Positions 53,691 through 63,682 of a stretch of DNA of 64,000 nucleotides are shown here, one piece after another. The stretch's first letter is position 1; each line of letters begins with the position of its first letter. Source of the stretch: Camelus ferus (lineage: Eukaryota); NCBI RefSeq assembly GCF_009834535.1, contig NC_045696.1:110858001-110922000 (forward strand). The letters are read 5' to 3'. A program made the position numbers and the translations under genes. Under the pieces are notes generated by a model. It was given only the letters and a program-made list of their open reading frames with translations, did not search any database and had not been told where the DNA came from.

Positions 53691-54412
53691 TGCTGTGAAC
53701 CTTTTGGATGATCCTACCTTCTGCCTTTCCAAAAAATGAATTCTCTGGAGGGACATGTAACTTTCAACACGAAGCACATAACAAACAACTGTTAATTATC
53801 TTCAAGTGCTTATCAGCACCCCTGGTCAGTTACATGCTAGGAACTAATTTAAAATTTTGCTATGACAACCTTCAGAGGTTGTCATATCCCATTCTGTTCT
53901 TGTGCTACCTGCCTGTCGGGCCTCGGCAGCAGCACCGTCAGTGTTTTGACAACAGGTGACCCAGTTTGGAGAGAATGTTCCAAAGTCAGTGGTGCAGGAA
54001 GGCAGGGAGTTGTGGTGAAGTACTGGCTGTTCAAGGTCTGCTTGCCCCGAGGTGCCCACGTGAGGAGGAGGAGTTCTCATTCCTGGCCATGTTCTTAAGG
54101 GACCCTTCCCCGTCCTTTTCCTGCTGGGTAGCATTTTCATGGGTCAATGGAGCTAGCACCAAGCTTTATGCTGGCTACGTTTCTAAATATCGAAACAACT
54201 CTTTCATTCTTTCTTCCCTTTTTTCTTACTCTAGAATTTGAAGTGTATTGGTTCACAGATTGACTCTGTCCCACTCCGTGTTTAACATGAAAAAAGTCTC
54301 GATCTACACACCACCATGACTTCAAAGAGACAGCACTGTATTATTTAATGTTAAAGCTTGTCTGATTTTCTCCTCAACTTTCTTTTAAATTTTCAATATT
54401 TTGAATATGTAC

Positions 54413-54533
54413 CTTACACTTTGAGGGATGTGAAATGTCATGGAGGCATTATTTGTTTTCCCACTTTATCCCGTAGACTTCATAACAAAGCCTAGGAGCA
54501 TTCATAGTACAATAATTGTCGAGTTTTTCCCAC
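54413..54533 (-). pseudogene. Candidate exon (C) with stop codons in all frames; possibly a disabled coding exon, or 5'UTR plus start exon
   Basis: Acceptor cctttgtttctag|G. Two tandem donors, AGT|gtaagg (54418) and AAG|gtacat (54413), each giving a phase-0 exit in a different frame. Stops: TAA 54449-51 in one frame; TGA 54502-04 and TAA 54466-68 in the other. Confidence 0.5.
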
Positions 54534-54829
54534 CTAGAAACAAAGGTGAATGACGAATTTTGAAACAAAATTCTGACCTCACCTTTAATTAACATTTCTA
54601 TTTTTGAAAGTTTTACTGAGCCATATGAATTAGAAAACGAACACACAAACAAGGGATTGGCAAGTCATATTTGAATCAGAAGTTCTTTCCTTTACTTAAT
54701 GTTAATCAAATCAATTCAAAGAAGGGCTGGATTTTTCAGCAGCAGTAAGGTCATGAGAATGATTTCCAAAATTCTCACCTCACAATTTTCTGTCTCTTTA
54801 CTTCCCACCGTGGAGGAGATGTGTGAAGT

Positions 54830-55020
54830 GGCTCCTGCATGGCAGGCACTGTGCATACACTTCCCATGTGTCTATTTATTCTTTATAACAGCCACTGTGA
54901 AAGAGGTCATAACTGGCAGTATTGCAGAGGTGAGAGAACAGAGGTTCAGGGTAGTTAAGAAGCTAATAACTAGTGGTTAATAAAACAAAGAGTCATAAAC
55001 CCAGGAGAACACCTGCATTC
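54830..55020 (-). mobile_element. MIR SINE
   Basis: 'ggcaggcactgtg...ttctttataacagccactgtga...gcagaggtgagagaacagaggttcagggtagttaag'. Confidence 0.65.
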
Positions 55021-55122
55021 TGTGTGGCTCCAATACACATGTTCTTTTCATTCCTACCAAACAAACCCTTAGTTACAATGGTAAAGATAAGGTTACCAAA
55101 TTTATAGGATTTTAAAAATTCT

Positions 55123-55214
55123 GGAAAAGAAAAGAATATGTATATATGTGACTGGGACATGTACACCAGGAAGTGACACATTGTAACTGACTGTACTTCA
55201 ATAAAAAAAAAAAA
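55123..55214 (+). mobile_element. Very short LINE-1 3' end with poly(A)
   Basis: 'gactgggacatgtacaccaggaagtgacacattgtaactgactgtacttcaataaaaa'. TSD aaaaattct (55114, 55210). Confidence 0.85.
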
Positions 55215-56762
55215 TTCTCAGTATGCCTTATTTAATTGTATCATATTGTCCCTAGGTCCCAGTGGCCACTTTATCTATATTGCTGATGAACATCTTAAAT
55301 AGATAAAGGAAAAAATGTTCAATTCATCCTTTTCAAGAGCACAAATGCCACCTACACTAGCATTTCAATCATTGTTCCACAGATGGAGGCTGAGTCACCG
55401 CAGGATGCTCGCACCCAGCCCACCTTTTAATGTTTTCATTAGGACCCAACTTTCTATAAGGTGCTGTGATAGCCCTGCTCAGGTAACCTCTTGATATGTG
55501 GTAATTTCTTAAGAAATATTTGCCAATTAAATGGCTCAAAAGGAATCAAACATCTTAGCTTTAAGAGTTAACGGACCAGAAAAAGATCAATGGACTGAAG
55601 CTTTTCCTTTCAGAGACAAAGTGAAAGAGATACACTGTCTGTGTGACCTAATGTGAATTGTGAATTACTTAACCGCTCTGAACCTCAGTTTTCTAAGAGG
55701 AAAGAGTTTTTTTTTAATTGTATCATCACAAGGATTAAAAGTGCTAACTAACATAGGAGAAATAATTATCTCAATAATTAGTGGATAAAGGAAACATTAA
55801 AGGGAGACAATTAGTTTTATTAACCTGCAGTTTCCCAAAGGTTGAAAAGGACACTCTTGCCAACTGGCTTAAATCTATTTCCTCATTTTGAAAATAGCAG
55901 CTTTTTTTTTTTAAAAAAATTGAAATATGGCCGATTTACTCATTTTTAAAATACCCAGCCAGCACTGTCTCCCCGAAGACCCCTGTTCCAGTGGTGCAGG
56001 GCCCAGAAGGGTCTGCTGTTCCCAGCATCTTGTTCAACTCTTGGTTGCAAGAAACAGAATATCAAGTGCTTCAAAGAGTACAAGGGAATAAATACATTGG
56101 CTTATATAATTGAAATATTCAGGACAGGACAAGTTTAGACATTGCTAAATTCAAGGGCTCAGAAGAGTGGCAGGGCCCTCTCTCAGACTCTCTTTTCTCC
56201 TCTTTCTCTTGTATTCATATCTGAGCTCTGCTCTCCTCCATCATGGGCTTAACGCCCAAGCAGATCCTCTTTCCACAGAGGCTCCCTTCATGTAGTCACT
56301 GAGCTGTGGACTTTATTGCAAGAAGAGCCCAGAGAGAAGGACCCTAGGGCTCCGCTCTGCGGGTTATAAAATTTGTTCAAGGTCTCACCACTTCAAACCT
56401 ATGGAAACACATATTGCAGGGGGCGTGCGGACTGAATTTGGAAGGATTTACTGAAAAAGATGTAGTTGAATCAGAAAAGGCTTGGATTGGGCTTATTCCA
56501 TTAATACATGTCTGTTTTCTGCTGTGCCTGGTGATAAAATAGCATTTTCAGCTTTGAGTTGGACAAAAATGGCGAAAACCTGGACTATATTAAGCGTGCT
56601 ATTGTTACCTATACATTGGAACAGAGTTTCTCTACGGTGTTATTTTTTTTAAAGTTAAAATGCCCTTTTCTGTTTTATATTCCTCCTCCCCCAGAAAAAG
56701 GAATACAAAAAGTATGCATGAAGAAAAAAAGGAAAACAGCTATAATTCTGCCATTAAGAGCT

Positions 56763-56763
56763 C

Positions 56764-56815
<52 letters not shown>

Positions 56816-56820
56816 TTTTT
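56763..56820. repeat. (TTTC)n microsatellite
   Basis: Directly visible. Confidence 0.95.
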
Positions 56821-56934
56821 GGCTTATACATTGTTATTAATATTCTTTGGAGATATTAGATGCTCTCTAGCCAGAGTGCTTTTCACTTATTAATATAAGT
56901 GTGTACGTTTATCTGTCAAGGAAACCATCACCTA

Positions 56935-57165
56935 CACTAGGTTTCAGCAAATAGTAGCCTGAGGGCCAAATCCTGCCCACTGCCTGACTTTGTAAATAAA
57001 ATGTAATGGGAGTGCAGCCGCACTGATTGGTTTATGTATCATTTCTGCCTGCTCTCAAATCTCAGTGGCAGAATGAGGTAGTTATAACAGAAACAACCTG
57101 GGCTAGAAAGCCTCCAATATTTACTATTGGCCCTTTACAGAAAACGTCTTCTGACCCCTGGTCTA
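56935..57165. mobile_element. MER58A-like DNA transposon
   Basis: 'cagcaaatagtagcctgagggccaaatcctgccc...tttgtaaataaa...atatttactattggccctttacagaaaac...tgacccctggtcta'. Confidence 0.85.
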
Positions 57166-57353
57166 CACCATCATTTAAAAAAATATTTTAGCAATATTCC
57201 ATTGAATCATCATACCTTTATTTACTTAACAAGTCCCTAGTAAGGGACATACCAAGTGTTTCCCATTTTAAACATCATTTAGATTGTGTCCCACTACACT
57301 AAACATCCTGATATTTGCTTATTTTTTTACATTCCATTAGGAAACATTCTGAG

Positions 57354-57937
57354 TGTTGCCGGCAGTTAGGTTCCTGTCCCCTTGCAGAAAGAATTCAGTG
57401 ATGAGACGTGAAGGTCAAAAAAGTAAAGCGGGAATTTATTAAGGGATGGATAGGACACCCTCAAGGGGAGAGCAGGCAGGCTCAGGTGAGCAGCTGCCCC
57501 AAGTTTCTTTGACAAGTTGGTTACATAGGGTGTAAAAATGAATGGGCGAAATATTCATTGGGCAGGGAAGGGTTTGGGGTCATATTTCCTGATTTTCATC
57601 TCAATTCCACCTTCCTGAAGTTTAGTCTTGATCAGAAGTATCATGGCATTGGTGCATGATGGGTACTTCTAATCTGCAAGGCCAATTTTATTGAAATGAG
57701 GGCATAATGAGCAAAAGGTTACATTCGGACACTGGAGATTCCTGCCTTTTCCCACCTTTCTTTGTCGGCCTCCTGGCCACTTGTCACCCCAAAATTGTGA
57801 TTTCTCATCAGTCCAGAGGTTCCTGCTTTTCTCTGTCTGCCCAAGGACCCCTGTTATTCACATGGCGTGTGGTTTCGGGTCATTTGGCCCATGTCCCCTG
57901 TTCTCTGCTTTCTCTTTCTAACCTGCCTTCTCTAACA
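57354..57937 (-). mobile_element. ERV1-class solo LTR
   Basis: TG...CA termini, perfect 4-bp TSD tgag (57350, 57938), minus-strand AATAAA at about 57435. Confidence 0.85.
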
Positions 57938-58009
57938 TGAGTATTGGAATTTACTAGATTGAAGTTTGTATTAATTTTTCTTTTTAAAGGAATTTTGGTA
58001 AGCACTGAC

Positions 58010-58114
58010 GTATTTTCTTCATTTCTAGATAGAGGAGATTTTCTTATTGTAATAATAGAAGAAATGGAGGTGTTGTCCTTTCCATAGTTTGTCCAGTGAG
58101 TTACCTTCAAAGTT
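58010..58114 (-). other. Candidate upstream exon (B), 105 nt: TLKVTHWTNYGKDNTSISSIITIRKSPLSRNEENT in the phase-2 frame
   Basis: Acceptor ttttttaactctcttgctttctgagtag|A and a weaker donor TAC|gtcagt. Length divisible by 3, open in the frame that continues into WEKLDNYC of exon C. Confidence 0.35.
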
Positions 58115-58899
58115 CTACTCAGAAAGCAAGAGAGTTAAAAAACACACAGACCACCTCGTGGAGCTTGGCAGTGGGGTCCACTTCCTCATCGAGCTCCAAA
58201 TTTGCAGCCCTGGTCGTTGCTGGGCATAGATGTTGAGAGATGCCCTCTCCTTCCACTCATGCCAAAATCATCAAGAACATACCTTCATTTAAATAGCCAG
58301 CTTGCAGAGGCAGCTCCCAGTTAACCAGTGCAGTTGGCTATGTCTTTTGTGAATTTGTCGTGACACCAGCAGTGGCTTTTTAAGCCCAAGGACTAGCTAA
58401 CACCTTCCGATGCCTCTTCAGGGGTGAGGGAGGCTGTCATGCGTGAAGTCTGGACTGCTAGATTATCTCTATTTTAGGCCCCTCTTATGCCAAAGCCTGA
58501 AGTGGTATTTATGTTTCTGCCTAGAACTTGATCTAAGCCTTGAGTCCCTCAGAATCCCACTTGTAACCTGATGTGTGCTGGGCACTTCGTCTGTAGCATC
58601 CTCTGTTCCTTTGCATGGTGCAGGGAAGAAGTAACACTTAGAGCAGAAAATAGTGGGCACATTTTCCTTGTCTCTTCATTTATCAGTCTCTTCCTATTGC
58701 TCTAACACATAGGCACACTCACACGCACGCACCCCCGCACCCACACACACACATCTAATATTAATGTGGATCCCACTTGTTGATTTTGTGTGTGAATTTG
58801 TACTATTTGTGGGATAACTTTGCACTGCAATAAATCCTGGAGCAACCAGCTCCATTGCTTTTTTTCTTTCCTGGACCAATGGAAATAAATAGCTAATTC

Positions 58900-59310
58900 T
58901 TAGCCATTCAGTGGATACCAGCAGAATTAGGGAATTTATACAATGGAATTCTATGTAACTATGAAAATGACTGAACTACTGATGCAGGCAACAATGTGAT
59001 GAATCTCAAAGCATTCTGCTGAGTGAGAGAAGCCAGACAGAAAAGAGTACTTTCTGTAATGATGCCATTTACACAGAATTCTAGAAAGTGCAAAACTCCA
59101 GTGACAAGAAGTAGATCAATGGTTACCAGGGATCTGGTTAGATGGACTGCAATGGGCATGAGATAAATTTTTGAAATGATGAATATCTTCTATATTTTGA
59201 TTGTGGTGGTGGTGAAACATAATTTGTCAGAAGTCACTGAATTGTACCATTTAAATTACATGTATTTTATTACATGTAAATTACACCTTCTTAAAGTCAA
59301 TTAGTTAAGT
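58900..59310 (+). mobile_element. Old LINE-1 (L1M-type) 3'UTR fragment
   Basis: 'gatgaatctcaaagcattctgctgagtgagagaagccagac...atggttaccagg...ttgattgtggtggtg...taaattacacc'. Confidence 0.8.
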
Positions 59311-59671
59311 CAATTAGATATGTAAATGATGAAGAAAAAAGTGGGAAGAAAGGAGTCTGGCTTGAACAGTTGGGTGGGTGGTGGTGTCATTGGATGTGAG
59401 AAGACACCAAGGGGGAGGAACAAATATGGCCGGTGATAGGGTGGATGAGAAGCACAATTTTGGGCATTCCCAAATGAAACACACCCACGTAGAGAGTTCA
59501 CGTTTTGGATTGGACAGTGAGATTTTGGAATTGCCAGTGCATTGCTGGGAGCAAGCACTGCTTGGGGCTGTTCAGTGACAGTGAAGAGAGAGAAAAGAGC
59601 CAAGAGCAAGGGCCTTGCTGAACATCTGAGGGTCTAAATTTAGACCACTGTGAGTCAAAGTGCGGTCCATG

Positions 59672-60214
59672 TGTCAGGTAGTTAGGTAAGTGGGGGCACC
59701 AGGCAGATAAAGTGAGGAGAGGGGGGATGGTCCGGAAGATGGCGTTATACCCGCCTCCAGCATAAAGGGACTTTCCTTCCTCTAAATGAGCGCCTGCAAG
59801 AAACCAGCTAGAACCTGACAGCAACTGCTCAGTAGTGAGAAGGACGTAACCAGACATGACTCAGTGCTCATTGTAATATAATTAGCATTGCGATTTAGGT
59901 CCCCCCATGGGTTTTTCGGTGTGCATGTTGGGTAAGGACATGGGCAAAAGGGCTAAACATGACTAAACACTCCAGGGGCAAGAGCCATTGATCAATCAAA
60001 AGAACACCTCTAAGAGAGAGCATAAGAGAAAGGGGAGACAGACAGCTGCTTTTTCCTCCTTTGGATCAGCCCACCTCTTGGATCTGTACTCTTCCTTTTC
60101 TAAATAAATCCTTTCAAATCTTCCGCTACACAGTGCACCATCTCCCACTTGTAATCTTATCTTTCAGGTATGACAAGAGCTGGGGTCTTTTTCCCTTTTT
60201 CTTTTGGGGTAACA
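59672..60214 (+). mobile_element. ERV solo LTR inserted into a MER5-like element (MER5 halves at about 59640-59671 and 60215-60340)
   Basis: tgtcaggtagttagg...aataaatcc...ggggtaaca. The flanks rejoin as caaagtgcggtccatg/gagcagcagca...ccccaggtaattctcttgcacattaaagtttgagaag. Confidence 0.75.
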
Positions 60215-61276
60215 TGGAGCAGCAGCAATGGTGTCATCTCTGAGCTTACTAGAAATTTCAGACCTCACGAATCATCACTTACCGTTTAATAAGATCCCCA
60301 GGTAATTCTCTTGCACATTAAAGTTTGAGAAGTGCAGTTGCAGATCAGCCCAAGTCCAGCCTTTTACTTTCATCAAATTCTTCCCAGAATCTAGTTGAGA
60401 GAATAAAGAAACGTGGGCTGCTGACGTCAAGGATTATATTGTCAAATTAAACTTGGTCTTCATTTTTAGTTAAAAAAGGAAAACTATTGTATGCTAAGAG
60501 GGCCAAGAAATGTTCATTCAAATGCTCTTTGTTTATTCAACAGGCTGCGGTTGTTTCTGGGAAGCTGTCAAAGTTTATTTAGACTGGAGAGATCCTTTTT
60601 TCTTTTTTCTTTTTTTTTTTTTTTTTTTTTTACCAAATACAAAGAGAGATAAATCCTACTTCATTAGGAACTGCTTGAGGAGTCATTTCCTTTCTTGCTT
60701 TCATAAAAACGACATTTTTTTTTGCCCAATGGACATAAATGCTTCTCCTTGAACTCTTGCAGACAAACGGTCCATTAAGGATGGTGAGCTCTGGGGAATC
60801 TGGGATGCAGCGCAGCAGCTGTCACTGTGCTGACCCTGCAGTTGCTTCTACAGATGTAATCGCTTGTTCAAGGGAGACATTTCCTCCATGTCCTGGGAGA
60901 GGTGGTGGGTGAGCAGGCAGATAGGAAAACCTGTCTGGGGCCTGAGATGGGCGCTGGCCCAGGGCATTTGTCCTGTTTGCTTGCTCGATGAGCTGTCACA
61001 GTTTTTTGGTGAATTTCCATTAAAATATGAAGAGGCTGTTGGAAAACCATGGCATATTGATAAATATCTGGGCTTTAGAAACAGACAATCCTGGATTATA
61101 TCCCAGTTCTGTCACTTTTAGCTTTGTTTCTCTGCCTCTCTACCCGCCAAGTCTGGTTTTCCATCTCTGAAATAGATTATTGTGAGGAGCAGATGCAGTG
61201 ATGGATGGAAAAGCTTTGTGTAACTTCAGCTGGCCTTCCAGTGTCAGACTCTCGTTGTGAAGCACTACACGGGTTA

Positions 61277-61932
61277 CACGTGAGTTGGCCTCATGGGAAA
61301 CAGGAACAGGCTGTAATGTGTGTTCCCTTCCCCCAGTTTCCCCTTTCATCATCGCCCACTCATGTCCAGGGCCACTGTGAATACGTCCTCAGTGTCAGGG
61401 GCTCCACTCGTGGAGTTGTCCACGTGAGGGTGCGCAGTGTACCACACGTGTGGCCGTGTGCTGCTGCTCCGCACACATTTCCTCCCCAACACAATGCCAT
61501 ATTCTGGATTTGGGTTCTCAGGGCCCTATTGTGCTTTCTTCCCTCCCTTCACAAACCTTATTCTTCGAAAAGGCACAGCTATCGTTTAGTGTTTCTTGCT
61601 GGTAGAGGAGTCACTATGTTAATATAGCGAGCAGGGAGGTGAAAAGTATCTGGGAGTTCTCAAGCTCAGCCCAGTTTCAGTGGGAACATTTTTCTCCTCA
61701 ACACTCATCCGGCCCATCCATGGGGCAAATGAAGCCCATGTGAAAACCACGTGTAGCTCCCTAAGGCTCCCAAATGGATGGGCCGTAATATAGCACTGGG
61801 CTGAGCCCTCAGCTGTGGCTCCCTCACCCCGCTGCTCTCAGCTCTATCACGTGATGCGCTGTAGGTATTAACAGCACGTGCTGCTGTAGCAGTCGGTATG
61901 ACCTCCCTGTGTGGTGGAACTCACCTCACGTG
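61277..61932. promoter_or_regulatory. Homotypic cluster of seven CACGTG E-boxes (candidate bHLH enhancer or promoter)
   Basis: CACGTG at 61277, 61421, 61445, 61748, 61848, 61875 and 61927, in a locally CpG-richer stretch. Confidence 0.45.
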
Positions 61933-61945
61933 CTTTTGCCATTTC
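61925..61945 (-). other. Candidate 21-nt microexon (A): GAAATGGCAAAAGCACGTGAG
   Basis: Acceptor gtttttgttttttaag| and consensus donor GAG|gtgagt. Length divisible by 3. Confidence 0.4.
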
Positions 61946-61948
61946 CTT

Positions 61949-62007
61949 AAAAAACAAAAACAAAAACAAAAACAAAAACAAACAACAACAACAACAACAA
62001 CAACAAA
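61949..62007. repeat. (CAAAAA)n/(CAA)n simple repeat
   Basis: Directly visible. Confidence 0.9.
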
Positions 62008-63149
62008 ATCCAGCCCTGACCAGCCTTCTGGTTCATGGGGAATGAGTGATAGGTGAAGAAAATCTCAGTTTGTAGGTTGGAGGCAGGCCCAGCCAGCCCC
62101 AGCCTAGATCAGTCAATCCCCAGTGGAACTGTAGCCAAATAAGTGAGAATAATTACTATTGTTTAAAGCCACTGAATGCTGGAGTAGTGTAAAACACACC
62201 CCATTTTCTACATTTCTTTGACCTCACTTGTCCTACAATCAATTAATCCTGCCACGTTTCCACCATCTTTTATATCTCTCACAGCTTTATTTTCTCTCCT
62301 ATGCAGCATTGATTCTATGGTTCATCATTATATTACTTCCTTATATGCATGATCAATTTTATAACCCGGCAAACTCCTACCTTGATCACATCAACCTGTC
62401 ACCCTCCGCCCCGTGCTCACCAATGATGCTGAACCTGGTCAGAGAAAGACATACAGGCCTGCTAGTTGACCTCATGGAACTCAAATGGGCTATCAGTGCC
62501 ACTCAGCGGTACCACTGTATTGTTCTAGGCCCTTGACTCTCAGAACCTCCCATTATTATTTATTTTTACTTATTTCAGTCTTGTCATTTATTTCCACTCT
62601 TTCAAACTTTCACCACCTCCTCCTCCATCTTCACTCTTACCGATGACTCTGATGACTCTTCCATTAGCAGCTGGAGGTACTTTCACTTGCTCCCACTGTC
62701 ATATCTACCCAGTTCTTGCCCCAGCCCCTATCATTCAACCTTCCCTCCCACTCCCAGGGTTAAACTAGCCTTGCTCTTAAAGCCAGTCCTTTCCTGATAC
62801 ACTAGATGTATCTCCTCTCATGTGTGCAAAGCCTTTGCTGCAGGAAACAGTCTATTCTTTCTTTTCCATCCTTAGATTTTCTTTTCTTCTGGATCATTCC
62901 CATGTATATACACTTGCTATGGTTTCTTCCATTTCAATATACAAATATATTGAAATATATATATTATATATATATATATATGTCTGTCAATTCTACTCAT
63001 CCTCCAGCTACCAAATCATTTCTCTGTTCTTCTTGTGGCAAAACGTCTTGAGAAAGTTGTCCATAGTCACCGTTTCTACTTCTTCTCTTCCCATTTTTCC
63101 TTTTTTATTTTTGATTCTAAATGGTAAATTTATTAATTTTTTTAGACCT

Positions 63150-63682
63150 TTAGCTTTTTTTATTGAGTTATAGTCAGTTTACAGTGCTGTGTCAATTTCT
63201 TGTGTACAGCACAATTCTTCAATCATACATGAATATTCATATTTTCATTTTCATATTCTTCTTCACCATGAGCTACTACAAGATATTGAATATATTTCCC
63301 TGTCTTGTACAGCATAAACTTGTTTATCTATTTTACATATACCAGTCAGTATCTGCAAATTTCGAACTCCCAGTTTATCCCTTCCCACCCCCCTCCCCCC
63401 GGCAACCATAAGTCTGTATTCTGTCTGTGAGTCGAGTCTGTTTCCATTTTATATATCAGTTCATTTGTCTTTTTTTTTTTTTTTTTTTTAGATTCCACAT
63501 ATGAGTGATATTATATGGCATTTTTCTTTCTTTCTGGCTTACTTCACTTGGAATGACATTCTCCAGGGACATCCATGTTGCTGCAAATGGCATTATGTTG
63601 TCATTTTTAAGGCTGAGTAGTATTCCATTGCATAAATATACCACAACTTCTTTATCCAGTCAAATGTCAATGGACATTTAGT
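63150..63682 (-). mobile_element. 5'-truncated LINE-1 3' end inserted into L2-like sequence
   Basis: ORF 63456..63644(-) '[24 protein letters not shown]' plus L1 3'UTR. Flanks are pyrimidine-rich and L2-like. Confidence 0.9.
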
